A stretch of DNA of 64,000 bases, taken from the human T2T-CHM13v2.0 reference genome, Homo sapiens. Positions 26,401 to 42,821 of this stretch are shown one piece after another. A model generated the notes under the pieces. It was not told where the DNA came from and did not search any database. It saw only the letters and a list, made by a program, of their open reading frames with translations. Each line of letters begins with the position of its first letter. The first letter of the stretch is position 1. Where the stretch lies: the NCBI RefSeq assembly GCF_009914755.1, contig NC_060935.1, one strand, 5' to 3'. The position numbers and the translations under genes are program-made.

Positions 26401-28428
26401 GTTTCGATGATAATCACTTCACAAAGTAACATCAAAATAGAGTGCATTACACTAGACTCGGGCATGAACCCAAGGTTCATTCATTACCCACAGCCTAGCT
26501 GGGCTGACAGAGCAAGCCTATAAGTTGTTTTCTATGTGTACTTTCTAGGAGTTTCTAAACATTTCTGGGAGTTAGTCTAACAGAACCTCAGATGAGCAGT
26601 AGGGTCTGTCCTGTAAGCCATTATGAACCTGTCTATTATCTTTTCATTCTCAGTCTTTTGAATATCTTCCTAATGGCAACTATGACTAGTCATAAAGAAA
26701 AAGAAAAAAACTACAACTTTGGACCATGACATGAAGCAATACAGGCATATGGGGAGCCAGGGGAATTGCAATTCTAGTTCAGGTGAAGTTCACATGGGCA
26801 GTAATGATAAGGAGAAAAATTAGAAAACTTACAAAAACCTTCACAAGTATTGGGATGTTATTATAAGTATTATATCCTTAAAAATATCCTACAGTGGTTT
26901 TAGCACTAAGCTAGGTGGTAGGTAGGATGCAGAAAATTTATACCATAGGGACTTTTAAATTCCATGTTGAAGACAAAAATAATCAGCTTACATAAAACAA
27001 CCAACAGCCTTCTGATATAGGTTATACTTTAAAATATGGGGTCAATGCTATAAAATATATAGGTAATTAGGGAAGAAAGTGATTAGAGAATATCAAAGAA
27101 CAGTCATAACAGAATTCTTGGGGCTGATTCGACCTGAAGGATGGAAGGGTTTAGGTATTTTATAGGTATAATAATAAAAGTAAATATTAATATCTAAGAT
27201 TAATTACTTCATGTTCTAGGTGCTCTTCTAAGAGCTTGACATTTCTTTACTCACTTTATCCTCAAAACAACTCCACCAGGTAGAAATATTTATGATCTCT
27301 ATTTAATGGACAAAGAGCCTGTACTTTATATTATGAATGTTCTAAATGTATTTGGTCATATAACCCTTTCCTCTCCTGGGCATCTTATGGATTTGGTTTC
27401 TATTATTATAAAACACACTAATTGAAAACTTGAGAATGAATATAAATTCCTATTCTAGGAATTTATAGAAAACCTTATTTGCTCAGTATCATTGAATAAT
27501 GAGCTGTTTCAGATGAGGTTTTTTTTTTCCGTTCTGTGGCAAAAAATGATTGCATACACTACTTGCTCTATAACTATCAGAATGTTTCTACTATCTTAAC
27601 TTTGGTGTAAGGATATCCTTCCAATATATGTCTATTTGTGTATTACTTTTTTAAAATGTGGTCACTAAAAATGTGAATTACTCAAAACAACTGTTGATTA
27701 TTGAGTGACGTTCTAGTGGTTTATTGAGGTATAGCTGGTTGGTCCCTAAGTTAAATGTTCCCAGTCATAATGTTTTTGACAAACATATTTCTTTTTTACA
27801 CAGATATTTTGTCTTCTTTCCACATTGTCAAGCTAATCTCTATTTTTTAAAATGACATTTACGAGGTTGCTCTCCTTTCCACTCTGATAAACTAAAGAGT
27901 TGGTTATGTGATGTCTCAGACGACAGGACCTCAAAGTCCCAGAAGCCTTTGGGGATAAAAAAGGATTGTGAAGCAGGATTTCACAAGTGCTGGATGACAA
28001 TTTTGTATTCTGTGAATTGGCCTGGTGGGAGTGCTGAGAAAGGAAGACATGGGTTGGGGACTTTGAGACTTTATTGGAGAGCTGGAACTTGAAGAGTAAG
28101 AGTTGGGTAATACACAAGGAAAAGATTAATACGTTCCCCTAAAAAGGTGCTTTGTAGTGTGGTTATGGTTTTAGGGTCCTTTCCTCACTGTGAACCTGAC
28201 ATTTTTTGGAAAACAAGCAACAGGAGAAGCTTTTTAGTTTTCTGAACAAGACCTTGAAGTTGATAAGCAAATTGTTCTTCATAAGTTTTAAATGTCTTTT
28301 TTCTTTCTTCCTGAATAGCTGGCAGTCTCAACTGAGTGAAAACAGAATGAGAGGGGGCATTTCTGAAAAATAGGTTTTCCTCAGATCCTATTACTTCCTG
28401 TGAACTCAGTGCCCCTTGTAGCTTCAGG

Positions 28429-28622
28429 CAGTAATTTTAGAAGTATGATCCTCAGACCAGCATCATGGGAGTCGCCTGGGAACTTGTTAGAAATGCAAAT
28501 TCTGTACCACACTCTCTAGACCTTCTGAATCAGCAGCTCTGTGGGTAAGGGCCTAGTGATCTGTGTTTTAATGAGAGCTCTCATTGGTTGATTCTGAAGC
28601 TCACTGAATTTTGAAAATACTG
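28429..28622 (+). mobile_element. MER5A-like DNA transposon
   Basis: Core cctgggaacttgttagaaatgcaaattct...ctgaatcag. Confidence 0.8.
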
Positions 28623-29043
28623 CCTTGGGGTTTTCACTGAAAGCCCTCAGAACACTCTGAAACTGTATGCAAGCTTGTGTATACATCTGTGCCTACATCT
28701 TCTGGAGGAAATGGAACCATAGTTTTTCCTGGGATCTTGGCCACTAACAATGTGAGAACCACTGTTGAAATACCAGGATCCGGCCTCAATGTTTCCAGTT
28801 ACCACTCTGACTCTGATTTAACTTATAAGTATTTTCTTCCTGAAGATTTATAATTCAGTCTCAGGGGAGATTCACTGCTTTCCTTTGTCAGTTTCTGAGC
28901 ACTCCTTGATATTGAATTCCATGTAGTTTCAGCTTCCTGCCTTTTTGAGGCTCAGTGTGAGCAATTGTTTCATTACAGAAACTCCTGGCTTGAATGTGTT
29001 AGAGCCAAAGATCATGTCTAAACAGCAATTCAGAGATCATCAT

Positions 29044-29404
29044 TGATATGGTTTGGCCATGTCCCCACCCAAATCTCATTTTGAATTGTAGCTTCAATAA
29101 TCCCCATGTGTCATGGGAGGGAACCAGTGGGAGGTAACTGAATCATGGGGGAGGGTTTTCCCTGCTACTCTCATAATATAGAATCAGTCTCACAAGATCT
29201 GACGGTTTTATAAAGGGCAGTTCCCCTGCACACACTCTATTGCCTGCCGCCATGTAAGAGGTGCCTTTGCTCTTCCTTTGCCTTCATCATGATGGTGAGG
29301 CCTCCCCAGCCATGTGGAACTGTGAGTCAATTAAACCTCTTTTCTTTGTAAATTACGCAGTTTCAGGTATTTCTTTATTAGTGGCATGAAAATGGACTAA
29401 TACA
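29044..29404 (+). mobile_element. THE1 (C/D-like) solo LTR, sense to NELL1
   Basis: TGATATGGTTTGG...ggactaataCA. TSD atcat/attat. Confidence 0.92.
29135..29145 (+). promoter_or_regulatory. DUX4-type double-homeodomain motif in the THE1 LTR
   Basis: TAACTGAATCA fits TAAYnnAATCA. TATAAAG follows at 29209-29215. Confidence 0.5.
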
Positions 29405-30962
29405 ATTATCTACAATTTCTTTGAAATGAATATTGAATAGTTTTTTGTTCTTACCCTGAGATTACTCAAGCTGCTGTGAAATATTTACCTGTGGGTTTAT
29501 GAGCAGGGAATATTAAACTATAGTATTCAGACCAATTAAAGCAGTGTCAGCATAAAATCACTAGTCATTTGTTAAAGGAACATTCATTGAGAGGGTCTGG
29601 TCAGTGTTAGTTCCTGTACTAAGTCTTAGGCATACAGAGAGGAATATGACACAGTCTTTCCAGTCTGGAGTGGGGACAGTGGAAGTGGACAAGGATTTGG
29701 GGAGGTTGTATTGTGGACCAGCTACATTATAAATCAGTAAAACATAAAAGACTCTAAGAAAAAAGCAACTAACTTCTCATGGAGTGGGGATATTTGGGGA
29801 TGGCAATGTATATGGTAATCTTTCACAGAAAATATATTTGCACCAGGTCTATTGAATGAGAAGGATTTTTTCCAGGCGAACTACTCATTAAAGGATCTGT
29901 TCCAGGACGTGACAGCAGCCTGATTATAGATGTGGTCATGAAAGGAATCTAATTGTGTTCCAAGGATGGTGAGATTTCCAGTGTAGATGAAGCACGTGCT
30001 TCATCCACAAACCCTATATGGGTTTGACTTAGGTGAGGAATAATTAGACCACAGCCTTTCAATAGAGGTGGAGACCAGATTGTGAAGGGTAGTGTGTTCT
30101 AAGCTGAGGAGTTGCAAGTTTTGAATTTTGTTTCATAATATCAGTGTTATATAATATTGTTGTGAAAATGTGATCATTTGTAAAGAAGTCACAATTTTTA
30201 ATATGACACATAATTACGCAAATGTAGTAGTACTTCCCATAAAATTTCAGATACTCTATCATAAGTCTATCAATGTGATTTTCTGCACCTGTTTCTGCTG
30301 TTCCTTTTGCTTCAAATGACTTTCTTCTGAAAAAGTGAGGCCCTCAGAATTAGCCAGCTATTGAACATAATCATTATCAAGCAACTACTATGTGTTAAAT
30401 TTGTCCTAAAATTCTCATAATGAACCTTCAAGTTTGGTATGACTTCCTGCTTTATAGATAGACAAACTGAAGAACAGTGAGGTCTGAATTTTCTCATTGC
30501 CACGTAGTGAGTAGCAATTTCTCAGCTGAGAAATTGTGAAAATGACTGCCTAAAACTGTTTGGGGACACATGTAAGTAAGAGTTGGATTCAAATACAAGT
30601 TTCTACCGATTCCTAAATATACAATCATGGCGCAACTGAAACTGGATCATTTTCCTGCTAAAAAAAAATCCTCAAGATAATGAGAGTAGCATTATCAAAC
30701 TATTCATTTAGCTTCTCTTTGAGGAAGAGACCATGGCAGAGCAAACAGTATGGTGCCATTGTAATAAATGGTCCAGGTAGTGGAAATGCAGAGGAGTGAA
30801 TAAGTGGCATCATGGGGTAAATGGCAAAGAGTCTATCTACTCCAATAAATTGTAATGGTTTTTAGATAGAGGCATGATTTAATCATTTTATCATTGCCTT
30901 TTATAAATATTAAGTATCATTAATATTTGGAGAATCAATGTATAGGTTGTCATGTTGGAGAT

Positions 30963-31311
30963 TGTATTAGTTTGTTTTCACACTGCTGATAAAGACATAC
31001 CCAAGACTGGGGCAATTCCAAAAGACAGAGGTTTAATGGAGAACTCACAGTTCCACATGGCTGGGGAGGCCTCAAAATCACGGTGGAAGGCAGAAGGCAC
31101 ATCTTACTTCTCAATAGGTGAGAGAGAGAATGAGAGAGAAGTGAAAGCGGAAACCCCTTATAAAACCATCAGTTCTTGTGAGACCTATTCACTACCATGA
31201 GAACAGTCTGGGGGAAACCATCTCCATGATTCATTTATCTCCCACAACATGTGGGAATTATGGGAGCTACAAGACGAGATTTGGGTAGGGACCCAGAGCC
31301 AAACCATATCA
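30963..31311 (-). mobile_element. THE1A/B-like solo LTR
   Basis: tgtattag...gagccaaaccatatca. Perfect TSD GAGAT (30958-30962 and 31312-31316). Confidence 0.92.
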
Positions 31312-32409
31312 GAGATTTACCATCTAGTCTTTGCATAAGGTTACTGTGTTTGTATTCTACAGAATTGGGAGTCAACCATTGGTTATGAGGTGGGACAAGC
31401 CTGGCTTTAAGTTAGGATGCCTGCATTTGTGTCCTGACAAAAGAATTCTAGTTGTGTGGCTGGCCCAGGGCAAGTTACTTGACCCTTTGTTACTCTTTCT
31501 ATACCTCTTACACTGGGGTCCTAGCATTGCTGAAAGCATGCTGCCGCATACAAGATAACACAAAAGCAGGAAAGGAATTTTACTGTACTCCATGGTTTCA
31601 GGAAAATATGATTTCTATATAAACAATCCTGACTATATTATTAACTAGAAGACAAAAATAATTTTTAAAATAGAAATATAAAACTTCAAATATATTCTAT
31701 ACTAATACATAACAGGGTTTATGAATATCCAAGATTCCAAGTGAGTGTTCACTCTTTTTGCCATGGAGATAACTTTGGTAGAAATGTTTGAGAAGCAGTG
31801 ATCATTTAAGTGACTCTCAGTTTGGTTAAGTGGCAATGATGTTGATACAAACATTCTGAGTATTTTGCAAGGACAAATTAGATCATGAGTTTGAAATGGT
31901 TTTGAAAATTCTAAAGAGTATAATGTATAAGAGTTTACTAAGGTATTGTTATTATGCATAACAAAAAGATAAATCTCTGTTATATCAAAATGTGTTAATC
32001 AATCATAACTCAATAAAAGTACCTAGGGTGGCCAGGATAGCAAACCATCTGCAGGTTCTTGAGGAAGATACATGAAAGATACATGATTCTGTTGTTTGTT
32101 TCCTCCTATTGTCTTAACCTTCCAAGAGAACGAATTGTGTCTGTTTTACTTGCTGTCATATTCCCAATTCCTAGAACGGTGTCTGACACAGCAAATCAAC
32201 ATTTGCTGAAAAGTGAATTTATAAAGAGACTCTCAGTGCAGTCATTTTTCTTATTAATGAGTACATTGGCCCCCATCTGTAATTTATCCTAATAAGCTGG
32301 GCTCAACCAGGGATGAACTGCCAGAATCTTTTTATTTGTAATCTGGCACCCTGAGTGGCATTAAAGATACCAGCAGTATTAAAGATTTTAAAAACGTAAT
32401 ATGAAAGAT

Positions 32410-35054
<2,645 letters not shown>

Positions 35055-37448
35055 GTGACCTACTTTGGTTTTCCTTGGAAACCAACTTAGTTTGGCTTAT
35101 ATGATTTTACCTCCCTTAGGGTAAGAAACACAGAAAAAAAAGACAAATTTAAAATAAAGAGAATTTGATCCTCCAAAGTCTAGAGCAGTGGACTCAAGTC
35201 TCCTACTTTGTGCTTCCTTTTCCCTTGTCCCCAGAAAAGCCTTACAGATCTTTTCAGAGAATCTTCCTTTCAAATTAGGGGGCAGCCCCAGAGCTATTTT
35301 ACCGAACCAGTTGTTTGTTTAGCATTTTATAGAAGAAATATGAAGAGAGGATCAAGATTCAAAGGGATAAAATCTTCCAAGAAAAGACACCATGAGATCA
35401 AATAAAGCTTCATTAATTAGCTTGTTTTTCTTCTCTGCAGATGCTGCCCTTCTTGGAATGGTGGTTCAAATTACTGTCCTTGATCAATGTCTTAACTCCC
35501 CTACTAGGGCATAGTTTTTGGAAAAGCCTTGACTTCCCCTTAGAAGTTTGGAACTACAATACACAGGGCAGTGAAAGGAAATAATAAATAATATGCATGA
35601 AAGGACTTGGAATTCTTAGCTCCTGTAATCTGACCCTCCTTTGTTTACATTAAAACCTGGTTTGAGAATTGCTGTATTGACAATGTTTTTAGACCTTTGA
35701 CTTCTGTGTAAATTGCAGAATGCTTCTTGTAGTGAATGAAATTACTTTGTAACCTCCCTGTGACTAAGACCTTTCCTTGGCACAGAAGAGAGAAGAAATA
35801 ATTCCTCATCTGAGAACTTGCTTGAGAGAATGATCTGTCAAAATAGAGAGTTAGTTTTGGTTTTCACCTTGGCTGGATTCCCCATGTGTATTTGTCACCG
35901 AGGATTACATTGCCAAGGCTTCAGTGCAGACAGGAAAAACATACTTCTTCCTTTGTTGCTTCCTCTCATTGGCACTTGCTTGTAAATACTCATTAAGGGA
36001 GAGCAGAAATGTTTCAATAATTATGGAATGTCCAAGAGAACTGTTTAATTCTAAGAAATGCATTTGTTATCCCAAAACTAGTTCTTTCCTTCACCTCTAA
36101 CCTGCTCTTATTCTGTCACCACTCATATTCTAAAACTTGAATTACAAGCTCAGCCTTACAGAGGTGAAAAGTAATCATATCAAATTGGAAATGGACAAGA
36201 TCTTAGAAAACATTTTATATAGCTCCTAAATTTTACCAAAGAGAAGCCTGGGGCCATCCAAAAGCAAGGGTTCTTTTTCAACCACAGCTCCACCAAATCT
36301 AAACTTAACAAATGTTTATGCATTTCTTATTAGGTGAAAGACACTGTAAAAGCTGCTATGAGAGACATAAAGATAAGACCAGAATCTTACAAATGTGAAT
36401 GGGTAAGGAAGATAGAAAAGATAGAATGCTTACAGCTAAGCATACAAGAAAACATAAAGCCAACATAGGCAGCATAAAATTAAAATACAGGGAAAGTAAT
36501 TCTTTTCAGCAAAGGATGAAATTTTGTTAAAGACATTAAACAATATAATGGCTATAACAATACAGTGTGTATAGCTGGGTATTAGTCATTTAGTAGACTG
36601 CAGCAATAATACAAACCACCCTCCTACTCATAAGCAGATATGTAAAAACATATAAATCGTGGGTTGTTGACATCAATACTGTAGCCTCTGTGCAGTAAAA
36701 CTCTGTTTAAACAGCAAGTATTTCAGTATTTATGGATTTTTTATTTATTCTCTCTGCTGGTCAGAACTGTATTGATTTTAAGCAGATTTAATCACTGGTT
36801 AAAGAAGTATGACTTGTTCATAGCAGAAAGTAAACCAACTTGATTAATTTAGAAGAAACTTTTCTTCGTCTACAGTAAAACACCTAAATTTGTACATCCT
36901 ATAAATAAAATGTAATTAGTGACCAAAGCAAGTTCATGGAGTGTAAGAAAATTATGTTTTTCAACATGTTTCACTTAACATCAGATTAAGGCTCAGAGAA
37001 AGCTTTTAATGTTAACATTTCTGGGTATGGCTAGCCAATGTACTAATCAAAACCATGTGAATTCATGTGAGAATCAGAATTCACGTGGAAATCCTTGGCA
37101 AATCGATGAATGTGTGGGCTGGTTGCATCATAAGAGATCAGGAGTGGTGGTACAGATTTGAGTATATTTGAGTATCTGTCCTGAAGAGATGGGAGAGTGA
37201 AATTCATTAAATGAGATTAAATGTATGAGAGAAAAATTATAGAAACAATAGGAACAAGACCAACAATAATAGTGACTAATCATTTTTGAGCAATTATTAC
37301 ATGACAAGCATATCGTTATGTATTTACCCAAATGATTCTATGGAGTATATTTTTATCTACATTTTTCTACATAATGGGACCAAGACTCAGAGATGTTAGG
37401 TAAATTTTTAGAGTCGTACAACTAATAAATTGCAGGGATGGACTGGGA

Positions 37449-37550
37449 CAGAGTTGACTCACTTGTCCCTATGGGGCTGGAACTTTCTCAGTTTTAGCAC
37501 TGAAAGTCAGCTATCTCAGGAACTCCCTCAGTGCCAGGCAAACTGGTATC
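37449..37550. mobile_element. MER81-like hAT MITE
   Basis: gttttagcactgaaagtc...ccctcagtgccaggcaaactgg. Confidence 0.6.
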
Positions 37551-40500
37551 CGCAGTTTCTGGATTACAAAGGTTAAGCTTTCAATTGGTATGCTATACTT
37601 CTTCCACTAAGGAGAAAGAGAAACAAGGACCAGACGTGGAAACTTAGGATATACAAATATTTTTTTAAAATGAGAGACAACTATAAAGTCAATACTTACA
37701 GGGCCATATCTGGCTTCTTTGCCCATTGTATCTCCAGCACTTAGCAGTGTATCTGGCATAGAGTAGATGTTAATGGCATAGAGTAGATGTTAAATAAATA
37801 TGCAGGGAATTCATTTATTCATTGATGAGTACTAGTGACTAGATAATGAAGAGATAATAGGATGAAGAGGGCAATATTATATTCCAGAAGGGTCACAGAG
37901 AGAGCTCTTAGACTGAAATAATCAATAACAATATTTGTTATAATACTTTTTAAGCAAGGGTGATGATTTTGCAAACTAGTGGTTATGAGAGACTTCAAGA
38001 TTTAGCCTTCGAGAAGAGGGTCCCACGGAAGCTTGCACACATTCAGGAGAGAATGAAAATGAGTAAATGCGGATAGTTGCTAATTGTAGATACTAGGAAA
38101 TAAAATCTGGATCAAGGAAATAGTGAGCCAAAACAGTGTTATATTTTTCCTTTGTCAAAAGAGAGTCTCCTTAATTAAAAGAAAGGGGAAGAGTCATTGC
38201 AGAGTAAGAAAATTATACACCAAACAAGGGAACACCATAGGAAAGGGTTTCTTCCTGACTCAGGAAAGGTTTGGGGCTGGAACAGTGAGTGAAGAGTTAA
38301 TGCTAAAGGGGTATTGAAAATTCTTCCTAAAAGATACATAGCAGCATCTCAAATAGATGAAGCTATCTCTAACTTATCTCTTCCTTTAGTCTTTGTCTTT
38401 TCAGGCTGAACATCCTGTGTTTTGCCAAAGTGAGATGAGTTTGAGCTCCTCATCACGCTAATGGATCTCTTCTGATGTGTTCTAACTGTGTCAACCTCAT
38501 TCTTCATAGTCTGTGTGCTAAAGGGAACACAATATCCAAGTGTGGTATGGCCAGCACATGATAGAGCATGGCTGCCACCGCTTAGCCTGGATTTGAAATT
38601 TATTGTGCAGGTTAAAATTTCATTAGCCTTTTATTTTGCAAGTTACATCAGACTTCAGATTCGCTACTTATTTTACTTATTTTGCTAACGTGTAGTGTGT
38701 ATATTTTCCCCCATAATTTTCTCTCTGCCACTGTAAAAAAAGCAATACTGCTTTAGATATTGGAGAGGGATCTGTTCTCTAGACTGTCTGTCATTAATGA
38801 ACCCCCAAGCTCTGTTCTCATTTCTGAGCCACTCATAATGATTTCCAGGTAGGAACACACACACACAGCTGTATATTCAAACGCTGGGTAAACTTTTGTT
38901 TCTGACACATCACCTGTTTTGAGTTTGAAAATAAGACTAGATGTGCTGTCAAAGTTATTCAAGAAAGAGGAATATGGGGTAATGAAAAAGTTCACTGCTT
39001 TGACCTGTTACCAAACTGTTGGTAAAATGTTTACTTTGATTTCTGAAATCAACCTGTAGAAGTATTAGCTCCTGAGGCAAGTACTAATACAGTGGTTATG
39101 CTATTAAAAATTTCTGCAGAGCCATTTGGCTTGAAGGGTAGGAAAATTGTTTGCAGCTAGTTTAGGATTGGTTTGATTGCTGCTGTTATAAACATCTCTG
39201 AATTCTATTTTCTTACATGCCCAAGTAACCTAAAAACCTCACATCAAAGATGAAAGCAGATTGACTTGGCACAACTAGATTGTTTTAAAGAGCAAAACTG
39301 AGTACAATAATAACAGCTTTCAGAAATTGTGAAAATGTTAATGCAAGAAAATTAGTTCTAATGCAAGCTTAGCCATGGAATTTTATTGAAAAAATATTTC
39401 ATTCGAGCATGAAGCATTTAAATAATGAATTTATAAGAAGAAACACAGAGAGATCACAGCCAGCCATTATTTACAATAAGAAAAACAAGTACATTCTAAT
39501 GATAATAGATTTGAGTACGAAATACTCAAATACTTCGTGTAATTTTTCTTTCATTGCCTGTTTGTCATTGGGAGGCCTGTCTGATGATTTGGGTAAGTCT
39601 CACGGGTGAATAACTTTGTGTTTGCTCAGCAGAGAACAACAGTTGCAATATGTAAATAGGGTGCCTCTTCCCGTTGGCTGCCTTGGGATATGTATAATAG
39701 ATTAAGTTGGCTTTGTGCAGAGCAAACAGGTCTGTATTACTAAGAATATGAATAATGTTGGTTTCCATAATTGCTAACATCTGGCTTTCCATAAATCTGC
39801 TAAATTGCATGGAAACAGAATTAGATTTCTGTGTCATAAGTAAAGCAATTACATGGAACTCTGTAGGCAATATGGTCCTATATTCAACTGTGAAATCTTT
39901 TCATTCTGGAGAAGTGAAAGCAAATCCTGGTTTTGCGCCCTGCTTTTATTGTGCACAATAGGTATGTTTATCTTTATGCTCAGCCTTCTTAATTTATGAG
40001 AGAAAATCACTGCCAATATATTTGCAACTTTGTAAATGCAAAATAACCAAATATTTTAAAAGCATAATATAGCTGGGCATTAGTTGTCAATGTAGATATT
40101 TTTTAGAGAAAGCCATAAATTACCAACCCTTTTGTAGCCACTGGTGGTGGATGGGTTGAAGTTATACTTCCAGACAATTTCTGGAGCCATTTGTTAATGC
40201 TTCCTCTGCCCTTGTTCTCAAGCATTTGACAGAAAATAAAAGTTTTTTCCTGGGGAAGGGGCAGGGCATTGCCCCTTCTTCAATGTGGTTGCTAATTTGC
40301 TGTATTTTTTCTACTTTAAATTAGACCCAAGGGCCTTCACAGATGAGAACTCAACAACAAAATGTGTTCCCTGAAGGGCAGGGTTGTGATTATGCCTTAT
40401 GCTTGTTGAACACTCTAAAGACCGAGTTTTGGCAAAGTAGGCATTATAATAGTCTCAGTCTGTGGATTTCCTAAGAAAGTTAAATGGAATAAATACATCG

Positions 40501-40921
40501 AATATCCATATAGTATTCTGTTATACTCGGCACTGGGAAGAGAAAGAAAAATAAAATTTAGTGTCTGCCCTCAATGAGCTCACTCTCTCTGGAGGTAGAC
40601 AAGTTAAACACGTAACTCCTGAGAGAGGAATGCAGGATAGAATTGTGTATAAGGTACAGAGAAAGCAAAAAATCTGTAGTGACTGTCTTGCCATATAAGA
40701 GATGGTGAGGCTTAACCTGAATTTTTAAGACTGCGTAGGAGTGAAAGTAGTACAGGAAGGAAAGTGCTTATCAATTAATTGATTGATACCTCACCTCATT
40801 CCCTATAGGACAAGAAAAAGTAGGGAAAGAGAGAGAGTACTCTCATAATAAAAGAAAGCATGTTCTAAGACACAGTTGTTTCATAGGAAACAATATGGCC
40901 TCTTTGTGGATCTCCCGTTGC

Positions 40922-41190
40922 TTTTTAAAAAAAAATCAGTTGACAAATACATTTTATATATATTTATGGTGTACAACATGATGTTTTGAAATAGGAATAC
41001 ATTCTGGAATGGCTAAATAATCAAGCTACATAATATATATATATATATTACCTTATACACTTACTTTTTTGTGACAAAAATATTCTCAATTTTCAAGCAT
41101 ACAATACCTTGTTATTAACTACAGTCATCATGTTTGACAATAGAGCTTCTTGAATTTATTCCTTCTATTTAACTGAAATTTTGTATTCAC
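40922..41190 (-). mobile_element. L1MA-type 3' end fragment
   Basis: tttatggtgtacaacatgatgttttga...ttattaactacagtcatcatg...taactgaaattttgta. Confidence 0.75.
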
Positions 41191-42519
41191 TGCTTTTGAA
41201 TGAAAAGGGAGGGGACAAGAGATAACAATTGCAGTATTAGATGGCATTTATATGCTATGCTGGGTTTAAAATTTTTGGAAGACCATACATTGAGTGGGTA
41301 TAGTGTATATAGAAGATAAATGAGAGAAAAACAAAGTAACATGTCAAAGAATATATAACTGTTACGTGTAAAATGACTAATACATGGTAAGCACTCAACT
41401 AAAAAGTAAGAGCTTGGTTTCAAACATTGGTCACCAGACTCCCACATTTAAAACTCCTTTTAGTTGAGAAGAATAAGAGAATTGAAAGAAGATTGAAGAG
41501 ATAAGAGAGGCTATATGAAAGGAGCACCATATGTTCAAATAGAAATACACTGAGAATGGGATGGGCATGACTAGTAACAGTGAGGAGATATAGTGAGGCT
41601 TGATTTTAGTTGACTTACCATACAGGCATCATAATTTGGGATCTTTTCTATAATTTTCAAAGGAGAAATCATTGTTCACTAATGAAATGTCTTGACTAAA
41701 GCTAAAATTGGTAAGACAAAGCCAAAAATTAGATCTTGGAAAAAAGTAACTTCTAGAAATATTATTAGAATTTCTTAATGTCATCTGCTTTGTATTGCAC
41801 CATGTGCAAAGAAACTTGTGCATAGCAGGTAAACCAAAACCAAGTAGACTAGTAGACACTTATTCAATGGCCTCAGACACTAAGTATCAGTACTTCTACA
41901 AATGAGTAGAAGTTACTCGGTAGTATATTTCATCTCAATTTAAGGGAGACATTTCCAAAAGAGTTATCCAAAGGTGGAGTCAGGTATTTTGCAAGGTAAT
42001 GGATTGCCTTTTGGGGAAGGACTTAAGCCAGGGTTGGACAGGTTTGTGTTTGAGATGTTGTTAAGGTCGCTCAAGCTTTAAATGTCAGAATCGGCCGACT
42101 GGATTTATGTTTTTATTCCATTGTTGGCTGTCAATAAAGAGCAGGACAATATATTTATGTCTTTCATCAGCATCCATCCATATAGCAATTATTTTTTATG
42201 CACGGGCAAATATTCTGCTGGCCATAAGGATAGTAAGACTTTGACTATAAAAGACACCTATCAAGAATTGTTCCCACTTCCTTCAACTTTGGTGGTAGGA
42301 TCTAGGAGCAATCTGATTGTCTCAAGGTTGCCCAAATTGCCCACTTGTTCCTACTCAGTGGCTAATACATTCACATCTTTTCTAAAAGACTCAGATCTCC
42401 ATGGTGGTGTGTGCATACTGTTAATGAATTAACAGTGTTTATGGCCTCTGGATGAAATCGTTCTTAAGAATATCCTAAAAGAACTTGCTAACTGCTACTG
42501 GATATTTTAGTAATTAGAG

Positions 42520-42745
42520 TCTGGGAGCTAGCTGTAGATTTGGGTCTCAGATCAGCCACTTACTAGCTCTATGACAGTGGTCATGTTATTTAAGTTATGA
42601 ACCTCAGCTTCATTATTTGCAGAATAGGAATAAGGACAGATCTCCCACACAGAGCAGAACTGACTTGCAGTGTAAATGAGATAATACATGTGAACAGCTT
42701 GGCAGTACCTAGCACAAGGTAAATGGTCGATGATGTTAGTTAATG
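42520..42745 (+). mobile_element. MIR SINE just upstream of the exon at 42822
   Basis: cagccacttactagct...cctcagcttc...aaatgagataatacatgtgaacagcttggcagtacctagcac. Confidence 0.7.
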
Positions 42746-42821
42746 CTACTGTAAATGATGGTTGTTTGTTCTCTAAGTTCCCTTGGCTAGATTCTAAGCT
42801 TCTGTGCTTCCTATATTGCAG

